From sequence record PP456878.1: a DNA stretch of 64,000 bases. One strand, given 5' to 3'. Source of the DNA: Pseudomonas phage vB_PaePAO1-KEN19. The stretch's first letter is position 1. Each line of letters starts with the position of its first letter. Positions 35,330 to 53,400 of this stretch are shown here, one piece after another. A model generated the notes under the pieces. That model had not been told where the DNA came from. It saw only the letters and a list, made by a program, of their open reading frames with translations, and did no database searches. A program made the position numbers and the translations under genes.

Positions 35330-35770
35330 TTATTTACCGTTTATATAAAGATTAAATGGACATTGACACATGAATTCCGCATTTAGAATACTTTCAATAT
35401 TGTAACTAATTGATTTATCAGTGATGATGTTGATATCTAAATACCACGTTTTAGTATTTTGAGTAACTAGTCTGTATTCAATGTCAATACTAAAGCCAGG
35501 TGCATCGACTGGGTCATTATCACCTTCATGCTGATAAATAAAGTGTGAAGATAATGTATATCTGGCTTTAATATATTCATCTGGTTTTATAACTTTTAAA
35601 GGGGCACTAATATGTGAAATAAAACCATGATAATTAAATTCTTTATCCCTAATGTCGATAACTTTAGGAGTAACCGATATATAGGCTGGCCATTGTGGTA
35701 AATCTAGTTCACCATGTTTAGATTGGTCTTTATCAACAATATGGAAAGCTCTAACAATCCTATTAAACAT
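35330..35770 (-). CDS. hypothetical protein (146 aa)
   Basis: ORF with an AAAAGG RBS. Hairpin 35805-35825 lies upstream. Confidence 0.55.
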   Translation of the reverse strand: MFNRIVRAFHIVDKDQSKHGELDLPQWPAYISVTPKVIDIRDKEFNYHGFISHISAPLKVIKPDEYIKARYTLSSHFIYQHEGDNDPVDAPGFSIDIEYRLVTQNTKTWYLDINIITDKSISYNIESILNAEFMCQCPFNLYINGK

Positions 35771-35839
35771 TTGATATACCTTTTAACAAAAAAATTATAA
35801 AGAAGAGTCCCCATAATGGGGACTCTATTATATCGTGCT

Positions 35840-36091
35840 TTATTTTTTATCGCGACTAGATGGAGCTAGCTTATAGAACTTCCGGAACTTATTAATAGAC
35901 AATGTAAATGAATCTTCCCTACCATCTGGATAACCGAGATAAACATCACGTCGAGATAGTTTAATTAGCTTATGTGCAGTTGATACACCATTGCGCTCAA
36001 CTAGAAAAGTTCGACCAATATAAGCTTCTAGATTATCAAGCTCAGTTGCAGGAATATATTTAGATTCTTTCAGAGTCAGGGTAGTGCTCAT
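35840..36091 (-). CDS. hypothetical protein (83 aa)
   Basis: ORF in the minus block. Confidence 0.5.
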   Translation of the reverse strand: MSTTLTLKESKYIPATELDNLEAYIGRTFLVERNGVSTAHKLIKLSRRDVYLGYPDGREDSFTLSINKFRKFYKLAPSSRDKK

Positions 36092-36127
36092 TTAATTTCG
36101 TCACCAGTTACGAAGTAATAAATTGAT

Positions 36128-37189
36128 TTATTTCCAGAGTGTTTTACCAATTAGATCATTTTCTGTGATGAAACTATCTAATTGATGTCCATAGTAAAGT
36201 AGACTATGAATTTGTTGATTTAGACGTTCTTTATTTGACCCTAGGAACATCTTATGCTTTTCTTCATCCGGTAATTTATCATAGACAAGTTGGCAATACT
36301 TTTTAGCTACTACCTTACCTGATGCAAGAAAACGTTCATCCCCTGTAAATAGTTGAGGAACGATATTTTCATCTAGATATTTATTAATCTCAGCATCCAG
36401 ATCAAAATGTAAATCGCTGTCAGATACTTCTACAGGATTTTCCTGCTGCGTATCATTCCATGGAATGTCCGAACTTTCACTTTCACTATCAAATTCGCTA
36501 TTACTTGAGGATGTGTTAGATAGCTGCTCATCAAAAGATGACTGTTTATTCTTTTGTTTTTCACGCAAGAAGATAATCGATTCAACAATTTCATTAACAA
36601 TGACATCTAGACCACGATTAGCATCGACCGTAATAGAACTAGGTTGATTGATAAGTCGTTCAAAACCTTTATCAACCTTATCGAAGTAATCGGATCCTTT
36701 AGATTCATAATAATCAAGGCGCCTATTACTTTTCTTAATTCGTTCTTCACGTACTTCTTTAGGTGCAGTCAGGAAGAAGGTAGCTGGCTCTGGGATAGAG
36801 TGTAAGGTTCCTTGAAGGATATCCATAAACAATTTTGATAGATATGGATTAGTTTCTTCGAAAGGATACACATTTAGAGCATATGTCGATGCAATGAATC
36901 GCTCGGTAATAACAATCTTATCTTCTTTAAGAGCAGGTAAGATGATATTCTCTACATTCATCACTCTATATGCACTATGCATCAGTACATCAAATTCCGG
37001 TGGTCGAACATCATTGTGTTTAGGCCAAATCAGCATTTGTCGGATTTCTTCTGATGTATTTGTACCGCCAGGTTCACGTAGTGTTACGACATCATATCCA
37101 CGTTTAAGAAGCTCCGCAACAACCATTTTTGTAACGGTCGTTTTACCGACACCTTCATTCCCTTCAATACTTACAAATAAACCATTCAT
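36128..37189 (-). CDS. tmk: thymidylate (dTMP) kinase homologue with about 140-aa acidic/Ser-rich C-terminal extension (353 aa)
   Basis: The N-terminus FVSIEGNEGVGKTTV...LREPGGT matches the Tmk P-loop and LID region. The C-terminal half (SSFDEQLSNTSSSNSEFDSESESSD...) has no Tmk counterpart. Confidence 0.7.
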   Translation of the reverse strand: MNGLFVSIEGNEGVGKTTVTKMVVAELLKRGYDVVTLREPGGTNTSEEIRQMLIWPKHNDVRPPEFDVLMHSAYRVMNVENIILPALKEDKIVITERFIASTYALNVYPFEETNPYLSKLFMDILQGTLHSIPEPATFFLTAPKEVREERIKKSNRRLDYYESKGSDYFDKVDKGFERLINQPSSITVDANRGLDVIVNEIVESIIFLREKQKNKQSSFDEQLSNTSSSNSEFDSESESSDIPWNDTQQENPVEVSDSDLHFDLDAEINKYLDENIVPQLFTGDERFLASGKVVAKKYCQLVYDKLPDEEKHKMFLGSNKERLNQQIHSLLYYGHQLDSFITENDLIGKTLWK

Positions 37190-37521
37190 TACTGATCCTT
37201 CATCTTAAATTCAATTACTGCTTCAACGTTATCTTTTAAATCTTGTTGCGATAATTTTAATGAAGCCCTATAACCTAAGCTATATAGAACGTCAACTAAT
37301 GCATCAATGCTTAGAGCTGGTAAATTACACATTTTAATATTTTCACTAAGTTCATCAGAGATACCTAGTTTAGTGAAAACATCGTCAATCAATACTTTTT
37401 GAGAAATGGCTTTTTGTCGAACAGTTTGTACAATTACAATAACTAGATTAGATTTGATATCGTTAGAATGTGATTTTTTATTATCACCATAAACTTCTTT
37501 AAATAAATTCTGATCCGCCAT
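37189..37521 (-). CDS. hypothetical protein (110 aa), overlap with the tmk start
   Basis: ORF with an ATGA-type overlap. Confidence 0.5.
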   Translation of the reverse strand: MADQNLFKEVYGDNKKSHSNDIKSNLVIVIVQTVRQKAISQKVLIDDVFTKLGISDELSENIKMCNLPALSIDALVDVLYSLGYRASLKLSQQDLKDNVEAVIEFKMKDQ

Positions 37522-37587
37522 GATACCTAATTCCTTAAATTATTAAAATGTATTATTTAACCATTAAACTTTTTAATATAAAATGAC

Positions 37588-37608
37588 CAGTGGGTACATT
37601 ACCCACTG
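37588..37608 (-). terminator. hairpin cagtgggta-cat-tacccactg then minus-sense GTCATTTTATATT
   Basis: A 9-bp stem and T-run after the stop of gene 37639-38043. Confidence 0.5.
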
Positions 37609-37638
37609 ATCTTATTATATTGACATAGCTAGTATATA

Positions 37639-38043
37639 TTAGCTATTGACATCTTCAAAGAAGCTGGCTACACTTTCAACAACATCATTCATAGCGCTGC
37701 TCTTATATTTGGTATCTACCACCGTAACAAGCTCGCCTTTACGATCGATAATACCAGAAACAGTTGCACCACCTGCATTATAGGAATAACCCAGTTCAGC
37801 AATGTTTTCATTTTCTTTCATGTACGGTGCAGCTTTTTCAGCAAATACATAACTTACAGCTGCTGCCAGTTGCCCTGCACCTTCATGTACCTGAGCATAC
37901 TGCTCGGCGGTCACGCCTGCCGGTTGTAGAACAACTTCTTCAAATAGACCATCCGGGATTTCGAATACCCCGGCATCGGACATGCTTACTTTTTCATTTA
38001 GGTTGTGAGTTTCGATAAACTTCTTGGTGGTTTCGATGGACAT
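37639..38043 (-). CDS. small acidic protein with atypical high-GC, host-like codon usage (134 aa)
   Basis: The ORF uses CTG/CCG/GCG/GGT/CGT codons, unlike its AT-rich neighbours. Net charge is about -12. Confidence 0.55.
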   Translation of the reverse strand: MSIETTKKFIETHNLNEKVSMSDAGVFEIPDGLFEEVVLQPAGVTAEQYAQVHEGAGQLAAAVSYVFAEKAAPYMKENENIAELGYSYNAGGATVSGIIDRKGELVTVVDTKYKSSAMNDVVESVASFFEDVNS

Positions 38044-38073
38044 TTTAGTACTCTCTCTATTTAGGGTGGTGGT

Positions 38074-38370
38074 TTAATTTACATCTTTCATTACAAAGCA
38101 ACTACCATCATTAAAGACAATCTTAATTAGATTGTCAGTTAATGGTCGTTTATATACAACACATTTTACATCGGGGAGTTTAACTACTTCTTTTAAAGCA
38201 TCTGGCATACCAATTAGATTAATGGTAGCTGCTACTTTATTTAGTGTGTCAAGATGTGAAATCAGCTCATGTGCTGACTTAACCAAATCTATCATTGTTT
38301 TGTCTTTATCTACCATGCTAGTTACTCGATTTGATATATGAGGTACATACATCGCCAAAGTCTTCACCAC
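38074..38370 (-). CDS. hypothetical protein (98 aa)
   Basis: ORF in the minus block. Confidence 0.45.
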   Translation of the reverse strand: MVKTLAMYVPHISNRVTSMVDKDKTMIDLVKSAHELISHLDTLNKVAATINLIGMPDALKEVVKLPDVKCVVYKRPLTDNLIKIVFNDGSCFVMKDVN

Positions 38371-38812
38371 TAGTATCAGCTACAATTGCAACTGGCGACC
38401 ATCGAGCGGCAACAGCCTCACATACACCGATCGAATTCACTCGACGAATCGCATGAGCACCAGTATCAATTACACTGAAACTGAGTTCACTAATGATTTC
38501 CACTCCTTTTAGTTCAGCGCTACTATCAATAACCTGGGTACTAATTAGATAGTTAGCTGTATCATTATTATACGCAAGTACTAGTCTAAAAACCATGAGG
38601 GAGTTATCATTATCGGTGATGCCAGCGACTAGCTCATGATTCGAAGTGAGTGTATAGATACAACTACTTTCTTGAGTGGTAATTGGTAATCCTGGTGAAG
38701 AACTATATACACTAGGTGCATTAGCTGTATGTAGTTCAAACTTATTTACAGCGGAGTTAGGACCAGGAACTTTATAACCAATAGGTCGGGCAGTGAAGAT
38801 TACAACGTTCAT
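38318..38812 (-). CDS. hypothetical protein (164 aa)
   Basis: ORF downstream of a TATATTAC cassette with an AGAGGAA RBS. Confidence 0.55.
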   Translation of the reverse strand: MNVVIFTARPIGYKVPGPNSAVNKFELHTANAPSVYSSSPGLPITTQESSCIYTLTSNHELVAGITDNDNSLMVFRLVLAYNNDTANYLISTQVIDSSAELKGVEIISELSFSVIDTGAHAIRRVNSIGVCEAVAARWSPVAIVADTSGEDFGDVCTSYIKSSN

Positions 38813-38851
38813 TATGATTCCTCTTTACTAGATAGTTATTTTCCTAATTAC

Positions 38852-38895
38852 ACATTAGTAATATAAATCTCAAATTTTTTTTAATACGATATAAA
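38852..38895 (-). promoter_or_regulatory. putative promoter, minus-sense TTTGAGATTTATATTACTAATGTG (TATATTAC core 38858-38865)
   Basis: Exact core and extended box, about 45 nt upstream of the ATG at 38812. Confidence 0.45.
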
Positions 38896-38913
38896 GCCTC
38901 CCCGAAGGGAGGC
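38896..38913 (-). terminator. hairpin gcctccc-cgaa-gggaggc abutting the stop of gene 38920-39639
   Basis: GC stem followed minus-sense by TTTATATCG. Confidence 0.5.
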
Positions 38914-38919
38914 AATATG

Positions 38920-39639
38920 TTAATTACCACTATAGGTACCTTCAGTACCTTGTTCTTTACGCCGTACTAAGCGTTGATGAATTGCACTAAGAGCACGGTC
39001 CATTGAATTAATCACTACCTGATTCTCTTCACATGCAAATGGGCCTGTTTGGTAACCTTCAAATAAATCTTTAACGATTTTAATTAGACAGTCAGCAGTT
39101 AGGCCATTTACACCAACTTCTGGAACAAGTCCATTCTGCATTAGGATAACACATTCAGTCAGGTTATCACCAGGCATAGCAGCTGGGTTAGTCTGAGCAT
39201 TATAACCAGTTACCACATAACGTTTAGTTGCACCTGATTTCTGGTCAATGCCACTTGCTTCAATATTTAGACCATTTTCATCAAAATGTTCATGGCCATA
39301 AATACCTTGCATAGTTACCCATCCACCATCTTCTTGATAAATCCAATCTACCCCATTTACATGATAAGTATCGCCTGGTTCAGGGTCAGCTGGAAGATCT
39401 TTAGTAGTGGTTAATGCACGGATACGCGCATATTCTTCAATTGCAATTTGTATATCAGTTGCAGTTATATTCTTCTCAGTTTCAGAAGCTTCGTCATGTT
39501 GTGATTTATCACTACCTTCCTTTTGGTCATTATCCATATCAGAAGCATCTACTGTACTTTTAGCTTCTTTACTTTCTAAGGAAGCTAACCACTCAAGATT
39601 AGGTTTAGACATACTTACCTCAATAAATGAAACCACCAA
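38920..39639 (-). CDS. hypothetical protein with acidic N-terminal region (239 aa)
   Basis: ORF in the minus block. Confidence 0.55.
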   Translation of the reverse strand: MVVSFIEVSMSKPNLEWLASLESKEAKSTVDASDMDNDQKEGSDKSQHDEASETEKNITATDIQIAIEEYARIRALTTTKDLPADPEPGDTYHVNGVDWIYQEDGGWVTMQGIYGHEHFDENGLNIEASGIDQKSGATKRYVVTGYNAQTNPAAMPGDNLTECVILMQNGLVPEVGVNGLTADCLIKIVKDLFEGYQTGPFACEENQVVINSMDRALSAIHQRLVRRKEQGTEGTYSGN

Positions 39640-39925
39640 TGTAAAGTGACACTACAACATCGGCAACCCGAGGGTCTTGTGAATATTTAGATTTGACTAG
39701 TTTAATAAGTTCGGCTCGATTTTTAATGAAGCCTAGTTTCTTATTATCAATTTCTTCAGCTTCAATTAGGAAGTCATTTAACTTCTTCTTACTACCCAGT
39801 ACATTAATCACCATTTGATCAATAACTGCATTAGTATTTGATAGTTTAGTTAACTCTTGTTCAAAAACTTCCTTACGTCCTTCTGATCCAATTAGAGCTA
39901 GACCGATCTTTTTAAGTAGAGACAT
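39620..39925 (-). CDS. hypothetical protein (101 aa)
   Basis: ORF in the minus block. Confidence 0.45.
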   Translation of the reverse strand: MSLLKKIGLALIGSEGRKEVFEQELTKLSNTNAVIDQMVINVLGSKKKLNDFLIEAEEIDNKKLGFIKNRAELIKLVKSKYSQDPRVADVVVSLYIGGFIY

Positions 39926-39983
39926 GTTAATTACCTATTACATTGGTTTAAGAATGGTTACAATAAATAACTATTCCAAGTAT

Positions 39984-48756
<8,773 letters not shown>

Positions 48757-48819
48757 TGACGATTAGTAAAGTATCATATCGTTGTTTAACTTAGTATTAC
48801 CAAAATAGGAAAATAGAAA

Positions 48820-50472
48820 ATGAAGAAGGCATTAGTTCCTTTTAATATTTCTTTACTTATTCCTACTAAAGAACAATTAAAGTTCTTAGGTCAAGTAAAG
48901 AGTCATGAGATATTTGAAGGTTTAGGTGGTAACTTTCATGAAGATGGTTTGTTCTCTGTTTCCATTTTTGGAAGAGTTGGATCAACTGATCGTGAGAGTT
49001 TATTTGGATATATTCATTTAGGTTTAGAACTTATCCATCCAGCTGTATATCGAAACTTAATTAAATTAAAAGCTTTCTATGAAGAAATTATTCTTGGTAA
49101 GGCATTTGCAGTATTTGACGAATCTATTAAAGATTTTATCCGCGCCGATGAACTAACTGGTAAAACTGGTTATACATTCTTTTTTGATAACTGGAAACGA
49201 ATTGACTTTGGGTCCACTAAGTCAGGGGTTCGGCTATCAAGGTTACAATTAATCGAAAAATATAAAGATAACTGTATTTTTAAAGACATGCTTGTAACAC
49301 CAGCCGCTTATCGTGATGCAGAGATTGATGAGAATAATCGTGTTGAGATGGATGAGATCAATGAACACTATAGGTATCTATTAAATCAGTCGTTTGGTGT
49401 ACCTGATAGCTTTGGACCAAATGATGACTTGAGTATCTATGATCGCAAACGAGTAGCAATGCAAAACACCGTATTAGCTATTTATGAACATTATGAACGA
49501 CTGCTATCCGGTAAACGTGGATACATTCAATCTAAATGGGCATCCCGTCGTATTGCCAATGGTACACGTAACGTCATTAGTTCGCTAGATACTAATGCTG
49601 CTGATCTTGATTCACCTAATCGACCAACATTCAAAGATGCCGTAGTTGGCTTACATCAAGCAGCTCGTTCAGTTGCACCGCGTACAATCTTTGCACTAAG
49701 GCAAGGTGTAGTTGGTGAAGTGTTTGATACAGTTACTAACACTGTACAGCTCATCAATAAGAAAACACTACGTTTAGAATGGGTTGATATCTCTAACGAA
49801 GATATGGATCTATGGGGAACTCCTGAAGGGCAAGAACAAATCATCAATGAGTTAGATGTCATTGAAAAACGTTCACGTGCAATTGAAATTGCTGATCATT
49901 ATCTAGCCCTTATTTACGTTGATGATAAACAGAATTTTAAAATATTCCGCAACATCGATGAGTTACCTACTAATCTAAATAAGAAATTTGTTAGACCTAT
50001 TACTTATGCCGAATTAGTTTACCTTAGTGGATTAAGTATGTGGCGAACAAACTCAGCGTTTGTTACACGATATCCTGTAGAAAACTACAATAGCTCTATC
50101 CCCTGTAAGATGTATGTTAAAACAACCGTAGTGGGTGAATTACGTTATCCGTTAAATGATCAATGGGAACGTGATGATACGTTGGAACCAGCCTTAGAAT
50201 TCCCTGTGTTTGAATTAAATAAACCAGCCCAGTGGCATGACTCAGTATCCATCTCTCCTTCTATTCTCGCGCCATTGGGGGCGGATTTCGACGGGGACAC
50301 TGTATCATTTAACGCAGTTTATTCAGAGGAAGCTATCGCTGAAACAGATGCTTTCTTTAAGAAACGTATTGCATATATACATGCCGATGGTCGACTGGCA
50401 TTTAGTGTTGGTATCCATACACTCAATTTAACTCTTCGGTACATGACTGGGGAACCCAAACAAAGGGATTAA
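48820..50472 (+). CDS. multisubunit RNA polymerase beta-prime subunit, N-terminal fragment (550 aa)
   Basis: DGLFSVSIFG..GYIHLGLELIHPAVY aligns with beta-prime GLFCERIFG..GHIELAAPVAHIWF, and the catalytic motif is LAPLGADFDGDTVSF (NADFDGD). No zinc-finger cysteines are present. Confidence 0.75.
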   Translation: MKKALVPFNISLLIPTKEQLKFLGQVKSHEIFEGLGGNFHEDGLFSVSIFGRVGSTDRESLFGYIHLGLELIHPAVYRNLIKLKAFYEEIILGKAFAVFDESIKDFIRADELTGKTGYTFFFDNWKRIDFGSTKSGVRLSRLQLIEKYKDNCIFKDMLVTPAAYRDAEIDENNRVEMDEINEHYRYLLNQSFGVPDSFGPNDDLSIYDRKRVAMQNTVLAIYEHYERLLSGKRGYIQSKWASRRIANGTRNVISSLDTNAADLDSPNRPTFKDAVVGLHQAARSVAPRTIFALRQGVVGEVFDTVTNTVQLINKKTLRLEWVDISNEDMDLWGTPEGQEQIINELDVIEKRSRAIEIADHYLALIYVDDKQNFKIFRNIDELPTNLNKKFVRPITYAELVYLSGLSMWRTNSAFVTRYPVENYNSSIPCKMYVKTTVVGELRYPLNDQWERDDTLEPALEFPVFELNKPAQWHDSVSISPSILAPLGADFDGDTVSFNAVYSEEAIAETDAFFKKRIAYIHADGRLAFSVGIHTLNLTLRYMTGEPKQRD

Positions 50473-50474
50473 TC

Positions 50475-53400
50475 ATGCGCTTAAATATTACACAGTTTCT
50501 GAAAAATTATAGTGTACGCGAATATGCTAAACTTCAGTCACCTAAGTTGCATGCTCTAAATAAACTTGATCTACCTTTCGAATCCATTTATCAGTTCTTC
50601 GATGGTAATAATGCAGTAATGGGTCCTAGTCAAACAGACCCATTATTCTCCAAACATCAAGGTAAAGTATATATTGAGCATGTTACTGATATGCTTACAT
50701 TTGAAGGTAATCCACGTAGGACTTCAAATATCCCAGCAACAATGATTCAAGAGTTTCGCCGCCAGAACCGTTTCTTTAAACCTTTACGCAGTGATACCGG
50801 TTTTAAATTATCAAACCAGAACATTCTGGTAATGAATTATAATTTAATTAACCCTCAATGGAATTATATGGCTTCTTATAAAGCTACATGGTTCCGTTGG
50901 TCAAATGACATGCGTACATTCTGGAGTGGCGTAGCGGCTGCATGTGAACGTTTTCCTGGTTGGAACCAGTTCATTGATGTACACTTACCTGAGTTAGTTC
51001 CACCTCCTTCTTCTTTTAATAAACTACGAGGGGGTTTAACTCAAGATCTAGCTAATCAATTCAATACACCTGATATTCTAAATATATTTGATTTAGTTCG
51101 CTGGGTTTCTGATGATCGTGAAAGTTCTTTCATGAATGTCATCGATGCTAAGTATTACGGTAACATTAATCTTTTATTCCGTGTACAAAGTTCATTCTTT
51201 GTTATTAACTTAGGGATGCTTGATCAATGGCGTCGTGATCCAGAAATTAAAGATGATAAAGGTTATGATACCCAGCAAATAGCTAGGCGCCTTATTTCAC
51301 TAGTATCAGCGATGGTTGAATATAACCAAGGTAATACTTCATTAATTAAAGAAGATACGCCTATCTTTAATGAAGATATTATTGTTGATGAAGAAACTCC
51401 GGTTAGTTATGAAGAAGGTGAAGCAGAAGAGGTTGAGGATGTTGAGTCTAATAACGTTGAAGAAGAAGTAACTGAAGTTGATGTTATTGATGATGTTCAA
51501 TTTGACCCAACCAACTTAACTAACTTAATTGATATTGGCGCAATTGAGGTAACATATACCCCACCACCAGAAAGTGATCTTGAGGTAACAAAGCTTATCA
51601 TTGAAAAAGATCCACTGGAATCTTCACCTTCTCGCCAAATTAAAGAAGAGAAGGAACTCATTGTAACAGATGTACCAGAAGATGAGTTATTCATCAATAC
51701 TGAAGTTGATGAAGAAGATAAACTAATCGATGCCATTAGAGCTAAAGCATACGACATGTATCGCGTGAATATGATTTCTGCGAATACATTCGAGCAAGCT
51801 CAAGAAGATTCGATTATGTATCGTCGTCTACCTGATCCATTTACCGATCCTAATGATGAATCAGTAGAACCTATGACGATCGCTGAGGCGATGGAATATC
51901 ATCCAGATGATCTTAAGATTCCAGAAGACACCACTTTTGAAGATAAGCCAACCATTGTTGATAAATCAATGTTGGGTAGTAAGTTAAAAGCCATCCAACG
52001 CAAATACAACAAGGTCTTATTAAAGAAAGATATTTTAAACAGTGTGTTATCTGTTCAGAAACAAGGCGTATCAGTAACTAATTACAAAATTGAAACTGTA
52101 CGCGATTCTGGTAACCATTACCAAATCCACAAAGTTACATTAAAGCCTATTCGTGGTAGAAGTTCACAAGTAATGTTCCGTATCCCTGTCATTGATAATG
52201 ACGGTAGGTTCATGTCTAATGGGGTAACATATCGCCAACGTTTACAACGTGCTGATATTCCAATTCGTAAAGTTAATCCACGTAAAGTTGCATTGACCTC
52301 TTATTATAATAAGACCTTTGTGACCAGATCTGAACGTGCTGAAAACAACTTTGATAATTGGTTAATCAGAGCGATTACCAACCGTGCATTAGATGGAAGT
52401 GATATGTCTGTACATTCAGTTACCTATGCTGAATTAGATCAATCCAACTATGTTCTACCAAGGGTGTACACTACTTTAGGAACAGCTTTTAAAGGCTTCC
52501 ATAATCACCGTAATGTGTTCTATTTTAATTTCAAAGATCGTAATGAATTCTTTGCAAAACAAGGATTACATATCGAAGATTATGAAACTGATGATTTGAT
52601 AATGGTGGGGTTCAATGGCACTGATGCTATCTTGTTAGATAAGAATTCCATCTTTTACATGAAAACAGGTAATGAGCTAGAACCTATTGGTACCATTACA
52701 GATATACTTGGCTTAGATCTAACCAAAGCGCCGTTAGAAGCTATTCTAATGTCAATTGGTGGTAAAGAGCTACCATTAGGTTTCATTTTAGCATATCACC
52801 ATGGCTTAAACAATCTACTTAAGAAGTTGAATGTTAATTATCAGCGTCATCAGCGTGGTACCAGGATTGTTGTCAATAGTACGGATTATACATTAGCGTT
52901 CGCTGATGAGATCCTAGTATTTGATCGAGCTGATTATAAAGCAATGCTTGTATTAAGTGGACTCAAACGTTATCATAAATCACTGCGGCGTTATTCTGTT
53001 TATGATTTCAATAAACGAGATGTTTACTTCAGGGTTCTTGAAGAAGCTGGATTAAGTAATAGATTTACACGTGATATTGATACACTCTTCTCAGCATGGG
53101 TCGATCCAATCACTGAGGGTCTACTCAAGGAGATGGGTGAACCAACTACTTTTGAAGGATTGCTTTATCGGTCTGTCGAGTTATTAACGAACGACTGGAG
53201 TCCAGCAGAAGTAGATGGTGCATATATGCGCTATCGTGGTTATGAGCGCATGGCAGGGGCTATTTTTAATGAACTCAATAGAGCGGTACGTGTATTTAAT
53301 ATGCGTAATGGTGGGTCAGTGCAAACTGTCGAGTTAGATCCACACGTGATCTGGCGCAAGATTGTACAAGATCCGACAGTAGCCACTATTGAAGATTCTA

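Noticed and set aside
48757-48819. Sigma70-like promoter (TTGACG, spacer, TATCAT) in the divergent region between the giant gene and the beta-prime fragment gene
   Set aside because: Spacer length and the -10 match are poor. The genome otherwise shows its own promoter grammar, and a partial TATTAC variant is present instead.
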